From an uncultured Verrucomicrobiae bacterium (GTDB lineage: Bacteria; Verrucomicrobiota; Verrucomicrobiia; Chthoniobacterales; JAFAMB01), in the NCBI GenBank assembly GCA_963837955.1, contig CAWIPH010000002.1:3264001-3328000 (forward strand): a stretch of DNA of 64,000 nt, given 5' to 3'. This document shows positions 51,611 through 62,189 of this stretch, one piece after another. The first letter of the stretch is position 1. Every line of letters begins with the position of its first letter. The position numbers were made by a program, and so were the translations under genes. The notes below the pieces were generated by a model. That model did no database searches, had not been told where the DNA came from, and saw nothing but the letters and a program-made list of their open reading frames with translations.

Positions 51611-52171
51611 TCAAGGGTGTTCGAGTGCCTGGCCGGCATGCGGCCAATCCGGTCGAACCCGCGTCGGATCCAGGAGTGGGTACTCTCCCGCACGCCCGTA
51701 ACCTTTCCCCACCCCAAAAGTAAAGTCGATTTCACCATGGATCTCAAGCGGTGGTGCTTTAGGGACGATCGTAGAGGAAGACAGGTCGACATAAGATTCA
51801 TCGGTCCTGCCGGGCCGTGTGACAGTCGGGGTCACAATCGAACCATCGGGCAGAACGGCTGCGTAGAACAACTCACGGCGTCCGTGCGTTGAGCCGTTCA
51901 GCCGAACCAGCCAATATTGCATTGGATCGGTCCTGACCTCGGTACTGACAATGGTGGCGTCCTGAATCTCATAAAATCGAAGCGCCCAAGCTAGTCCCAC
52001 GGCGCCGGCCGCCATTTTCTCAACCTTAGTCTTGGGATTTTGGACCTTCGACTCAAAGCTATAAACAATCTGACTGTTGTCCGATGTCGAGTGCTGATCT
52101 CGAAACAACAGCTCACCGTTTGCTAGGACGGGGCTGGCGATCAATCCAGCCACAGCAAGAAGGTATCGCAC
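51611..52171 (-). CDS. Hypothetical secreted protein
   Basis: Signal peptide (VLA); YWLV...YAAVLPDGSIVTP motif. Confidence 0.65.
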   Translation of the reverse strand: MRYLLAVAGLIASPVLANGELLFRDQHSTSDNSQIVYSFESKVQNPKTKVEKMAAGAVGLAWALRFYEIQDATIVSTEVRTDPMQYWLVRLNGSTHGRRELFYAAVLPDGSIVTPTVTRPGRTDESYVDLSSSTIVPKAPPLEIHGEIDFTFGVGKGYGRAGEYPLLDPTRVRPDWPHAGQALEHP

Positions 52172-52356
52172 AGTCGAATTCTTAACGTTAGAATCGGAGA
52201 CACGCTACTAATTGTTGCAAAAGCGCTTGAGCCGGGACAGCATGCCCCGCAGAAAAAGCTCGCAAGCATCACGCGCCTGTTGACGTCGGAAAAATTGACA
52301 TTCAGTCGCCGGGATTCAGGAAGGAGCTTTAGTGCTGCCTACCTAGAACGGTGTTA

Positions 52357-53982
52357 ATGAACCAGAAGCTCCTATCTTTTTTATACCTGATTCGCAAGGT
52401 GTTAGGTCGGGCTATTGACTGGGTAGGCAGGCATCCACTCGCGGTTCTGGTTCTTCCTTCGGTCTGGTTATTGATCCGTTATCATCCATTCTGGAAAGAT
52501 GTTGACGCGGTTACCCAGCTGATTACCGCGCCTAGCTCCCTCAATATCTTACACTCGCCGCCGATCTACTGTTTCCTGGCTCGGCTCCCATTCTGGTTAA
52601 CCGACACGCTGATATATGGAGCTGCACCGTCGGTCTTTGGCGAACAACATCCGTCGTTATTGGCCGTGCAGGTCCTGATTTTCTGTCAGCATCTTGGACT
52701 CTGGGCAGCTCTCCGTTATTTCCTGTTTTCGGCCGGATGGTCAGACCGGAGCCGCGGAATTGCGGCTCTTCTGCTCGCTTCGGTGGCGAGTTTTTACACA
52801 TTTGCCCACACCGCCGGATCTGAAGCGATGACAGCGCTGAGTTGGATTATTGTTTTTTCCGCCGGCCTTCGCACTTTGCTCCAGCGCGCCGGGTGGCGAG
52901 ATTGGATCGCCTATGCGGCTGCTCTGTTGCTGGCCGCCGGTTCGCGCAAAGTGAATGACATCCTGCTTCTTTGGTTGCCAATCATTGCGGTCTGCCTGTG
53001 GGCGGGGCAATTGGCCCTGCGCAAAGAGAAGACCGGGTTGACACCCCTTTTGCGGACCTCCGGTCTGGCGTTGCTCATCAGCTTGAGCGTCGCCGGAATT
53101 GAGAAAGGTTTCGTTTCCATTCTATGCCAACGATTCTCCGTGATTGAGCGTCCAACAGACGGAGCAACTTTTAGTGACCGATTTGGCACCGTTATCGCCC
53201 GCCTGTCCCCGGCTGAAAGCGCCAAATTCCTAGCTTCCGCGTTGGCGTTGGCGGACAACGCCAACGTGCGGTTGGCCATCGAAGGACAGTTCAGTTTCGG
53301 CTCGTATCATCTGGGGGGCGATCAACTCATCGAGCACGCATTGTCGGAACAGGGCTTAAGCGGCGAGGAACTCCAGGCGGAAAGAGATCGCGTCATTTTC
53401 CGTGCGACCGAGTGCTTTTATCGGGCTGCACCACCGAAATTGCTGGCCATCATCGTTAAAGAGTTTGTTCGAACCTGGGTTCCCACTAGCGATTACCGAG
53501 TAGCGCGCGCCAGCCCGTTAACAACATTCCGTTTCGCTGGTTTTCTCGACGAGGTTCCATCCCGTTGGGGCAATCTTCCTCGGCTACCAATGTTTGAGCC
53601 CGTGAATGCGCAGCGGATGATGACAAGGCTCGACCGCGATCCGTTCATTAACCATTGGCAATGCATACCGATCGTTCTTTGGTGCCTCGCGTTTGTTCTT
53701 GTTGGGAGTTGGCGACTTTTGCGCCGGCGACTCTCTCTCGAACTATTCATCATTGCGCTCAGCTTCATTGGAGTGGGAACTATCGCTGACTTGGCGAGTT
53801 GTATCTTCGCCTACGCGCAGCCTCGGTATACGCTGCCGCTGCTTATCACTGTTTTTGTCTCCGGCTGCGTTCTGCTCTTCGGCGCAAGCCAAGAAGATAA
53901 GATATTTCGGCCTTCGAAAACGGCGGGCACTCAAGATAGGCAGCGTCGCCGAAGTCGGTTTGTTGAATCGAGTCCCACTTAG
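52357..53982 (+). CDS. Polytopic membrane protein, possibly GT-C-like
   Basis: About 10-12 TM segments with a large loop; N-terminal WKDVD and HSPPIY, C-terminal PRY.LP. Confidence 0.65.
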   Translation: MNQKLLSFLYLIRKVLGRAIDWVGRHPLAVLVLPSVWLLIRYHPFWKDVDAVTQLITAPSSLNILHSPPIYCFLARLPFWLTDTLIYGAAPSVFGEQHPSLLAVQVLIFCQHLGLWAALRYFLFSAGWSDRSRGIAALLLASVASFYTFAHTAGSEAMTALSWIIVFSAGLRTLLQRAGWRDWIAYAAALLLAAGSRKVNDILLLWLPIIAVCLWAGQLALRKEKTGLTPLLRTSGLALLISLSVAGIEKGFVSILCQRFSVIERPTDGATFSDRFGTVIARLSPAESAKFLASALALADNANVRLAIEGQFSFGSYHLGGDQLIEHALSEQGLSGEELQAERDRVIFRATECFYRAAPPKLLAIIVKEFVRTWVPTSDYRVARASPLTTFRFAGFLDEVPSRWGNLPRLPMFEPVNAQRMMTRLDRDPFINHWQCIPIVLWCLAFVLVGSWRLLRRRLSLELFIIALSFIGVGTIADLASCIFAYAQPRYTLPLLITVFVSGCVLLFGASQEDKIFRPSKTAGTQDRQRRRSRFVESSPT

Positions 53983-54446
53983 GTGGCTGATCCGAGCTCG
54001 CTCGTTCTTGTTCGCCGTACCGAACTATCTCAAGGTACGAGCGTGAACCGCAAAATTTAACCAATTTCCCCCTGCGAGATCTCCGCGATCTCTTTGTTTA
54101 AAATCTGTCTTCGGGGCTCCTGTAAGATCTTCGGGCTGCCGGCAAGCTAATGCGCTTGGCTCATCACGAGAAGTTGAGACCACCGCGCCGCCGCACTTCA
54201 AGCATCCTCTTGCTTGATCCTTGAAGAATCCTCTAAGCTGAACATCGCTTCTCATCGAGGACTGTACGGAATGCGTTTTGATGAGCGATATCTGTGGGAC
54301 TGATCCAACTAGGCTTGCCATTTTCAGGGCGAAACGCGTGGGTGACGCATACCCAGGGTTAAAGCCCGGCAAAACGTCATTCACCTCTCTGCTATGGAAT
54401 TCCCGTTCTAGCCAACGCGTCAGCGCTAATTACTAAAAAACACGCC

Positions 54447-55682
54447 ATGTGGGCTAGATGCATAATATTTCTCAGAGTTTTCTTTCTCTGTGGGCTCACC
54501 GAAGCGGATGACCACGGCAAGCCGAGCGATTTCCTAAAACAGGTTAAGTTGGCAATGGAACAGAACGCCCTCACCTTTGTCGCCGAATACACCGGCGAAG
54601 TCTTCGGAAATCTCTCGGGCGGATCTAAGAGCGGAGCGACCTATGAAGGTTTGCTCAGGCTTTCTCTACAGTTAGACCTAGCCCGAGTAGCATGCTGGCA
54701 AGGGGCAACCGTTTATGGTTCGATGCTCTACCCGCACGGAGAAGGGCTGACCGACCATTACACCGGTGATTTCAATGGGCTGAGCAACATTGATGCTTAC
54801 GATACCGTTCGATTGTTCGAACTTTGGTTCCAACAAAAATTTTTCGGGGATCTGTTCTCGATCCGAGTCGGTCAGATTTCGGCCGACCTGGAATTTTATC
54901 AGTCAACGACCTCAAATCTGTTTATCAACAGTTGCTTCGGCACCTTCCCGACGATTGGCCTCGGAACTAATCTGCCGATTTACCCGGTCGGCGGACTCGG
55001 CGCCAGAATCGATTACCGGCCAAGCGGCTCTCTGGCTTTTCGCGCAGCACTATTCGACTCCAATCCGGGCATCCAAAACCTGAACGACAAGCACGGGACC
55101 CGGTTTCACTTGAGCCCGAATGCCGGTCTGATTTTTGTCGCGGAAGGCGTCTATCAAGTCCGCCCGACGACAGCAAACCGCGGAATCGTGGGCACCTATA
55201 CCCTGGGTGGATACTATGATTCCCGGCAATACACCGGAGACTTCGTTCACCCTGCGCACAGTGCCAACGGCGGTTTGTATGCTATTGCCGATCAAGTGGT
55301 TTACCGCGCAGAACCTTATGTCGATGAAAAGTCGAGTCAGCGAGGTCTCTCTATCTTCACAAGTTGTGCCGTCGCGCCGAGTGATCGCAATCTCGTTTCT
55401 CTCTATTTAGATGTAGGATGCAATTATCTCGGTCTCCTGCCCGGTCGGGGGAATGACATCTTTGGTATAGCCGCTAGCTTCACCAAGATCGGCGATGACG
55501 TTGTCAAAAATGGCAGAGTCATTCATTCTGGCCATGAAACTGTTATAGAGACAAGTTATAAGCTGCAACTAAACGAGCACATCTACCTACAACCCGATCT
55601 GCAGTATATCCTCCACCCGGGAGCCTTCGGCAATCATCCAAACGCATTCGTAAGCGGGCTAAGATTCGACTTTACGTTTTAG
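54447..55682 (+). CDS. oprB: OprB-family carbohydrate porin
   Basis: YTGEVFGNLSGG, RLFELWFQQ, GQISADLEF, PIYPVG, LQPDLQYILHPG, terminal F. Confidence 0.9.
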   Translation: MWARCIIFLRVFFLCGLTEADDHGKPSDFLKQVKLAMEQNALTFVAEYTGEVFGNLSGGSKSGATYEGLLRLSLQLDLARVACWQGATVYGSMLYPHGEGLTDHYTGDFNGLSNIDAYDTVRLFELWFQQKFFGDLFSIRVGQISADLEFYQSTTSNLFINSCFGTFPTIGLGTNLPIYPVGGLGARIDYRPSGSLAFRAALFDSNPGIQNLNDKHGTRFHLSPNAGLIFVAEGVYQVRPTTANRGIVGTYTLGGYYDSRQYTGDFVHPAHSANGGLYAIADQVVYRAEPYVDEKSSQRGLSIFTSCAVAPSDRNLVSLYLDVGCNYLGLLPGRGNDIFGIAASFTKIGDDVVKNGRVIHSGHETVIETSYKLQLNEHIYLQPDLQYILHPGAFGNHPNAFVSGLRFDFTF

Positions 55683-55703
55683 CGGTTCGCTTGATCCCCG
55701 CTG

Positions 55704-56657
55704 CTACGAGGTGAAGTAGAAACGCGTGAGATGAAAAAAGACGGGCGCAGCGAAACACAGAGAATCAATACGATCCATGATTCCGCCATGCCCTGGAATC
55801 ATTGCCCCGTAGTCTTTCACACCTCGATCGCGTTTGATTGCTGACATTACGAGCCCTCCGAAAAAACCCATCAACGCGACCACTAGTGCCATCAGCGAAG
55901 CTTGCCACCAGTTAAAAGGGGTGATCCACCATAATCCGGTTCCGATGAGAACCGCTCCCAATACCCCTCCGATGAATCCTTCGACGGTTTTGTTGGGGCT
56001 GATGTTCGGAGCAATCTTGTGTCGCCCAAAACATTTGCCAAAAATATACTGGAGCACGTCGCTCATCTGCGTCACGCAGACCAGGAAATAGAGTAGCTTT
56101 CCGTTCTGCCCCTCTCGCCCCGGAACGTGCAACAACAGCAAGGCGGGCGCGTAACTCACAAAATAGACACAAATCATCAGGCCCCATTGGATCTTCGAAT
56201 TGCGGGCCAGAAAATCTTTGTATTCTCCGGCAATCACGTTGCGGATCGGAATAAACAGGTACGCGTAGACCGGAATCATGATCACCGCGATGCCGTAACG
56301 GTGGAAGGCAATGAGCAGGTACTGGAGCGGCGTTATGACAAAGAAGGCCCAGAAGAGAGCTCGATGATCCGCCCGGTGTGTCGGTGTCAGAGTAATGTAC
56401 TCGCGAAGAGCGAGGAAAGAGATGAGACCAAAGAGAATCACCGAACCGATGCCACCGGTTGCTAGCGCCAGAAAGAAAATAATGGTCATCACCCACCATG
56501 TCTTGATGCGGGCATTCAGGTTCGCGATCACCTCTCTCCCTTTGTCGCTCTTGACTTGGAGATGCAGGATGAAACCGATGATCGAGGCGACGACCAACAC
56601 AGCCAATACCCCAGCCGCCAATATCTGCATTTCCCGGTCGGCGCTCAGAAAATTCAT
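55704..56657 (-). CDS. Phosphatidate cytidylyltransferase (YnbB-like)
   Basis: NLNARIKTWW, SDVLQY, ISPNKTVEG, SAIKRDRGVKD, IPGHGGIMDRIDS. Confidence 0.92.
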   Translation of the reverse strand: MNFLSADREMQILAAGVLAVLVVASIIGFILHLQVKSDKGREVIANLNARIKTWWVMTIIFFLALATGGIGSVILFGLISFLALREYITLTPTHRADHRALFWAFFVITPLQYLLIAFHRYGIAVIMIPVYAYLFIPIRNVIAGEYKDFLARNSKIQWGLMICVYFVSYAPALLLLHVPGREGQNGKLLYFLVCVTQMSDVLQYIFGKCFGRHKIAPNISPNKTVEGFIGGVLGAVLIGTGLWWITPFNWWQASLMALVVALMGFFGGLVMSAIKRDRGVKDYGAMIPGHGGIMDRIDSLCFAAPVFFHLTRFYFTS

Positions 56658-57256
56658 AAACTAGCCAGAGACTCCACCGCTGCGCGGGCACGGGTCAGGA
56701 ACGCTTCCTTCGATTCATTCTTTTGCAGATGCAATGGCCCCCCAAAAATAACTGAGCACAAAAGTGGAAGAGGTAAGAGCTCACCTTTTGGCAAAACCCG
56801 ACTTGCGTTATCGATGTAGACCGGGACGAGGTCCACGTCGGGCACGGCTCGGCCAAGATAATAGAGGCCGCTTTTGAACGGACGCATGTCGGGCTCGGTC
56901 GTTCGGCCACCTTCTGGGAAGATAATCAGCGACTCTCCCTTAGTTACCACCGGGATCAGCTGATCCATTGGATTATTAGCTCGCGTTACTTTCTTGCGCT
57001 CAATCAATACACCGCGAAAAACCGATTCTGCTAAAAACCGGCGAAGTCTTCCCCCCCGCCAATAATCACTCGCTGCTACCGGCCGGGTTCTTTTTCGTGC
57101 CTTCTCCGGCAGGACCGACCAGAGCACCAAGAAATCGAAATTACTCGTATGGTTAGCAAAATAGATCCGGCGCGTATCATCCGGAGCGCAACCGACCCAA
57201 CGCGCTTGGACACCGGTGAAGAGACGGACAAAACCAGCGAGCAGTCCAGCGATCAC
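56654..57256 (-). CDS. Lysophospholipid acyltransferase (PlsC family)
   Basis: ANHTSNFD (HxxxxD), FPEGGRT, FKSG; GTG start overlaps the upstream stop. Confidence 0.92.
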   Translation of the reverse strand: MIAGLLAGFVRLFTGVQARWVGCAPDDTRRIYFANHTSNFDFLVLWSVLPEKARKRTRPVAASDYWRGGRLRRFLAESVFRGVLIERKKVTRANNPMDQLIPVVTKGESLIIFPEGGRTTEPDMRPFKSGLYYLGRAVPDVDLVPVYIDNASRVLPKGELLPLPLLCSVIFGGPLHLQKNESKEAFLTRARAAVESLASL

Positions 57257-57936
57257 AAAGCTATCCTTTGTGCTAAGCGCAATAAGCGACGAATACAGGT
57301 CACGAACGTGCCGATGTTGATAAGGACCAATATCCAAAAGAGCGATTGGGACGGCCAGCGCACCACGTTTTCTCCAGCGCCGAGCAAGCAGCCTACGGTC
57401 AGCAAAAACATCCTCTGTTGTTTAGCCACCGGCCCGCAAAAATCTTGGGCCGCACCGCGGCGAGCACCCAGGGCACGGAGATACGCGGTGCCCAACGCCA
57501 GTACGGCCGCACTCCATCCCAAACCCACTCCCCAATTCGCGTGATGCGAGGCATAACCGGCCGATGCCAAGAAAAGCACATCAACAATTCGATCCGGAAT
57601 CTCGTTGTAAAGCTCGCCGAGTTTGGTTTGGCGGCCGCCTTCCACCGCGATAAGACCATCCAGCATGTTCGCGAGCAACCGCAACTGAATACAGGCCGCC
57701 GCGCCGAGCAGAAACCAAGGCGACCCCGAACGAACCGCCTCGCAGAAAAACAAACCCGCTCCGACAAAGCCGCAGAGCACGCTGAACAGCGAAACCTGAT
57801 TCGGTGTAACTCCCAACTTCACGCAAGCGCTGGCCAACGCCTGCGCCCATCCTGCCGAACGCATTTTAATCGGACGCCGATTGGGATCGATCTCTGACGG
57901 CCCTACCGAAGAGGCTGGAATAGAGGGGTCATCCAT
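57253..57936 (-). CDS. CDP-alcohol phosphatidyltransferase
   Basis: TPNQVS, RLLANMLDGLIA..G.LYNEIPDR, GPVAKQQR. Confidence 0.9.
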   Translation of the reverse strand: MDDPSIPASSVGPSEIDPNRRPIKMRSAGWAQALASACVKLGVTPNQVSLFSVLCGFVGAGLFFCEAVRSGSPWFLLGAAACIQLRLLANMLDGLIAVEGGRQTKLGELYNEIPDRIVDVLFLASAGYASHHANWGVGLGWSAAVLALGTAYLRALGARRGAAQDFCGPVAKQQRMFLLTVGCLLGAGENVVRWPSQSLFWILVLINIGTFVTCIRRLLRLAQRIAL

Positions 57937-58148
57937 ACACCAAGGCTGAAACCTAAGGTGCCGCTAGACTGAATTATTCGTTGGCGGTGTCAAAAGGATA
58001 ATTCACGCCCTCGAAGAACCACGGATCTTGATAAATCAAAAGACCACGAGTGGACCGAAGACACGTCGTTAGGCGCATCGTCCCTCTCAATTCCTTGAGC
58101 CCGGAGGCCGCCCGCTCTTCGCGCTACGGCGGGAACAGGACTACTACC

Positions 58149-59417
58149 CTACCCGCGCTGGGTAACCGCGCGCTCACAAATTTCCCGAACATTACGAACT
58201 TGGCGAGCGTTTACCACCAGCTGGCGACCGAGCCGAAGTACGTTGCGCTCACACTGAGAGCGCGTCTCAGGATTCTTGATTGCTTCGAGATCCTCGGCAT
58301 GCGCGAGGCCAAGAATGCGCCGGATCATTTTGACTCCGGCGAAGCCTACAGTGTCGGAAAAGAGCTGATGCAGGTATCGTTGACGCTCGGTCTCGAGTGC
58401 AGCTTGGGAAATTTGATCGGCAAAGAGTGAGATGTGGTAAGCGTCTCCAGCCTGGTGACTTCGCCAAAGAGCGAGAAACCGATCGGCGAAATTGTGCCAC
58501 ACCTCTTCGATCGTTCGCAGTAACCATGACCGATAGTCGTCCCGCGCACCGGGTACCGATTCGTGTCCATCCTGCGCAAAGAAAGCGATGAGCAGATTCC
58601 CGATCACGGCGCCGATGTCGAAGCCCATCGGGCCAAAGAAAGCGAACTCCGCATCGATCACTTTGGTATCTTTGGGTGTCGCCATAATGGAACCCGAGTG
58701 CAGATCGCCATGAATGAGTGCTTCTGCCGAATTTAGAAATTTCAGCTTTAAGCGCTGCGCTGCAACCTTCAGCTCGTCGTCATGTCGAAACTCCGCGGCC
58801 ACGGCATCGAGTTGGGGAGTCGTCCAACGATTCAGTTTCGCAATCCGATAAGGATCGGTGAATACGAGGTCTTCTGTGATTTTGCAAAGCTCGATATTCT
58901 CGCAAAAGAGAGCGACCTGTTTCCTCTTCGTGGCCGCATCCAGGAACAAATCAGAGGTTTTGAAAAGCGTCTGAGCCATGAACTCAGCGATATCACTGGC
59001 AAGCTCCGGATAAACGATGCCCCGGATAAATCCTTTGCGAAGGATGATGTGGGGCGTGAGATACTCCATCACCATGGCGGCAGCTGACTCATCGAAATGA
59101 TAGAGTTTCGGGACAAGGTGAGGAACGTGACGGGCCTCTTCGGACAGCGCTTGATACTCAAAGAAGCTGCGGCGCAACGGTAGGAGCCAAGCGTCTCCGA
59201 CGATCCTCAGGTATGGTAGAGCTTGCTTCACGACCACGGCCTGGCCGGATCCGCGCACGATAAACACCTGGTTCAGATTACCGTCGCCAACCTCGCCGGC
59301 TTGCCAGGTGCTCGCGTCGGAGCCGAGAAGTTCGCGCACTACGGGAATCCGGTCGACGAAATCGAGAACCGAATGTTCGTTCAGCGGGGCGTAGCCATCA
59401 GGGACTCTCTGATTCAT
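58149..59417 (-). CDS. mtnK: S-methyl-5-thioribose kinase
   Basis: EVGDGNLN, VKQALPY, LCKITEDLVFTDPY, HGDLHSGS, IDAEFAFFGP.GFD, RRILGLAH. Confidence 0.92.
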   Translation of the reverse strand: MNQRVPDGYAPLNEHSVLDFVDRIPVVRELLGSDASTWQAGEVGDGNLNQVFIVRGSGQAVVVKQALPYLRIVGDAWLLPLRRSFFEYQALSEEARHVPHLVPKLYHFDESAAAMVMEYLTPHIILRKGFIRGIVYPELASDIAEFMAQTLFKTSDLFLDAATKRKQVALFCENIELCKITEDLVFTDPYRIAKLNRWTTPQLDAVAAEFRHDDELKVAAQRLKLKFLNSAEALIHGDLHSGSIMATPKDTKVIDAEFAFFGPMGFDIGAVIGNLLIAFFAQDGHESVPGARDDYRSWLLRTIEEVWHNFADRFLALWRSHQAGDAYHISLFADQISQAALETERQRYLHQLFSDTVGFAGVKMIRRILGLAHAEDLEAIKNPETRSQCERNVLRLGRQLVVNARQVRNVREICERAVTQRG

Positions 59418-59570
59418 CTGGGGAGGGGGGGAGGTAAGGATCAATAGCCGATATCCAATCAGCTAATCTCGGCTATTGGCTATCGACTATTTTCTTGTAC
59501 TCAATGTACCCCCGACCGATCAATCACATTGGGAGCATCAGACTACGTTGTCATCCGTCATTTAGATCTG

Positions 59571-59633
59571 CTATCGGCTATCGGCCATCGGCTATCTGCT
59601 ATCGGCCATCGGCTATCTGCTATCGGCTATCTG
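59571..59633. repeat. Nine tandem heptamers (ctatcgg/ccatcgg/ctatctg)
   Basis: Counted directly; related copies at ~59444-59490 and ~43505-43540. Confidence 0.9.
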
Positions 59634-59651
59634 CTATACTGTCCCCCTCTT

Positions 59652-60422
59652 ATGCCCGCTATCGTCCAATCCGTCTCCTGGTGGTGTTTCGTTCCCGAAA
59701 AACTGACTCCGAAGGAGTTTATTCGAGCAGCCGCAGATGCCGGCTATGTCGCGTTGGATTTAGTGCCACCGGACTTTTTCTCTTTGGTCTTAGAACACGG
59801 GCTTCAGATAGCTGCTATTACCGGCCACGAGTCTTTGACCGTGGGACTAAACAAACGAGATCAGCACGGCCGAATTAAAAAAGAGGTAGAGGCCAAGCTT
59901 GCCGATGCGGTTCGCCACGGGATTCCTAATCTGATCTGTTTTACCGGAAACCGAGACGGTTTGGGAGATGATGAGGGCGCCGAGATCACAGCTGAAGGCC
60001 TGGCTCTGTTAGCTCCACTGGCCGAACGAGAAGGAATCACCCTAATCTTGGAGCTACTGAACAGTAAGATCGACCACCCCGATTATCAAGCGGACCATAC
60101 CACGTGGGGTGTCTCAGTTTGCCGAAAGGTGAACTCGCCGCGAGTGAAACTCCTGTATGATATTTATCACATGCAAATCACGGAGGGAGACGTTATCCGG
60201 ACGATTGAGACGGCTCATCCGTGGATCGCTCACTATCATACTGCGGGCAATCCTGGTCGAAACGATCTGGACGACGATCAAGAACTCAATTATCCCGCAA
60301 TCTTGCGAGCGATTAAGGGGACTGGCTACAGCGGTTACGTCGCCCACGAATTCATTCCCAAAGGTGACGCGGTCGCAGCATTGCAGACAACGTTTAGAAA
60401 ATGCGCGTTGATTTTGGAGTGA
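59652..60422 (+). CDS. Hydroxypyruvate isomerase-like TIM-barrel protein
   Basis: [46 protein letters not shown]. Confidence 0.88.
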   Translation: MPAIVQSVSWWCFVPEKLTPKEFIRAAADAGYVALDLVPPDFFSLVLEHGLQIAAITGHESLTVGLNKRDQHGRIKKEVEAKLADAVRHGIPNLICFTGNRDGLGDDEGAEITAEGLALLAPLAEREGITLILELLNSKIDHPDYQADHTTWGVSVCRKVNSPRVKLLYDIYHMQITEGDVIRTIETAHPWIAHYHTAGNPGRNDLDDDQELNYPAILRAIKGTGYSGYVAHEFIPKGDAVAALQTTFRKCALILE

Positions 60423-60459
60423 GGCGCGCTGTTGTCTCGTTGCGCTCTTCTAATACCAG

Positions 60460-61401
60460 CTAGTCTTCAGGACACGGAGCTTGCCGCTCGAATTGAATTG
60501 TGGCGTGGCTTATCTGGAAGCGTTCATTGAGTTCGTGTTGAACCCTTTGCAGGAGACCATCGTCATCTTCAGGCGTGGGTTTGACAATGTGAACCGTCAA
60601 AGCTGTCTCAGTGGTGCTAAGTGCCCAGATGTGCAGGTGGTGAACTCCCGTGACATTCGGCAGGGTCGCCAGGTATCTATTGACCGCCGGTGCATCGATT
60701 CCTTCCGGCACGGCATCAAGTGCCAAATTCATTGAGTCGCGCAAAAGACTCCACGTACTCCAGAGAATTACCGCATTGATCAGGAGACTTACGGTTGGGT
60801 CAAGCCATCGCCACCCGGTCAGCAAAATAAGGATGCCGGCTACGACGACGCCGGCGGACACGGCCGCATCGGCCACCATGTGCAGAAAAGCACCGCGAAT
60901 ATTGAGATCTCCTTTTCGTCCGGCCCGGAACAGCAGAGCAGTCACCAAATTGATGACAATTCCGGCGGCAGCCACCCAGATGACGGTCCAGGCTGCTACT
61001 GGCGCCGGCTCGGCAAACCTCCGAATCGCTTCCCAGGAAATACCGCCGATCGCAATCAAGAGAAGAATCGCATTGGCTAACGCTGCCAATATCGTAGATC
61101 GGCGCATCCCGTAGGTGCGCTTTTCCGTTGCCGGCTTGCCGCTCAGATAACTTGCCAACCAGGCGAGCAACAATCCGAGGCCGTCGCCGAAGTTGTGGCT
61201 GGCATCAGCCACCAGAGCGACGGAATGCGCAAGTACACCAAAAACCACCTGGATAATAACGAAACCAAAGTTGAGAGCGACACCGAGAGCGAAAGCAGTT
61301 CCGAAATTTGCCGGCGCGTGGACATGGCCCTGATGACCATGGCCCGGATGAGCGCCATGGTTCGGCTCGTGCGGATTGCCATGATCTTGCTTTCTATTCA
61401 T
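60460..61401 (-). CDS. Cation diffusion facilitator (CzcD/ZitB-like Zn/Co/Cd exporter)
   Basis: His-rich N-terminus, ADASHNFGD, NIRGAFLHMVAD, HHLHIWALS, HATIQFE. Confidence 0.92.
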   Translation of the reverse strand: MNRKQDHGNPHEPNHGAHPGHGHQGHVHAPANFGTAFALGVALNFGFVIIQVVFGVLAHSVALVADASHNFGDGLGLLLAWLASYLSGKPATEKRTYGMRRSTILAALANAILLLIAIGGISWEAIRRFAEPAPVAAWTVIWVAAAGIVINLVTALLFRAGRKGDLNIRGAFLHMVADAAVSAGVVVAGILILLTGWRWLDPTVSLLINAVILWSTWSLLRDSMNLALDAVPEGIDAPAVNRYLATLPNVTGVHHLHIWALSTTETALTVHIVKPTPEDDDGLLQRVQHELNERFQISHATIQFERQAPCPED

Positions 61402-61569
61402 GCTTGGTTTTGAGGATAGGCTAAGTTTGGGCTCTACTGCGAACTATGATTAACCTGGGTTTTCAAAAATGGGTTTAGAGAATGCGCGTTGATTTTGGAA
61501 TGCGATGTTACTATGTCCTGCTGCCGATCAATATCCGGACTTCGGTGAGTCCACTTCTTTCATAATCTT

Positions 61570-62100
61570 ATGTCTCGCGTACTACTTGCTTCTGCGCTGG
61601 CTTCTCTGGTCCTTTGCCAAATGGCCGCTGCTCGCGAGCCGGAGGCCTCACAAACCATTGAAGAGCTCGAGCAGGGCATTCAGAATCAGCCGCCGGCAAC
61701 CTACTTTGCGCTGGCCACCGAGCTGTTCCGACAAGGACGGACAGAAGATGCCGCCTTTTGGTATTACGTGGGCGAACTTCGCTACCGGCTGCTGTTATTG
61801 GCCAGAGGAAAAATCTCCGAACCTTCCGATGAGCAGGCGCATTTTTGGTTCTTGTCTGAGAGCGTGGGGCAGTCGATTTACGAGAAGGCTGAGCAACGCT
61901 CCGCGGCCCTTGTCCGGGCGATAGACCGAGCGCTCGCCTGGGATATCGAACAGCCAAACGGATATACTTCGAAGAGCACGTTCAGAATGGAGCACGAAAG
62001 GGCCAGACAAGAACTCTTAGCGTTGCAGGCACGGATCAAACAAGATCCGACCTCATTCAGAAGGGCTCGAGGGGGTGGTCGGGGTCTGTTATCATGGTAG
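61570..62100 (+). CDS. Hypothetical secreted helical protein
   Basis: Signal peptide; A..LF..G..EDAAFWYYVGELRYR motif. Confidence 0.7.
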   Translation: MSRVLLASALASLVLCQMAAAREPEASQTIEELEQGIQNQPPATYFALATELFRQGRTEDAAFWYYVGELRYRLLLLARGKISEPSDEQAHFWFLSESVGQSIYEKAEQRSAALVRAIDRALAWDIEQPNGYTSKSTFRMEHERARQELLALQARIKQDPTSFRRARGGGRGLLSW

Positions 62101-62123
62101 CGATTTTGCCCCGGGGAGGCGCA

Positions 62124-62189
62124 GGGAGGGCGCGCGTCCTCGTGCGCCGCGGATCGCGAGGACGCGATCCCTCCCCGCCCCTTCGGGGC
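62124..62189. repeat. GGAG-type REP-like palindrome plus gccccttcggggc hairpin
   Basis: gggagg..cgcgtcctcg / cgaggacgcg..cctccc between convergent genes. Confidence 0.65.

Noticed and set aside
58149..59417. mtnK as by-product salvage partner of the radical SAM cassette
   Set aside because: It is over 30 kb away, and routine methionine salvage explains it.
59529..59651. SAIGHRL-repeat N-terminal extension of the hyi-like protein
   Set aside because: An artefact of reading through the heptamer tract; ATG 59652 is the better start.
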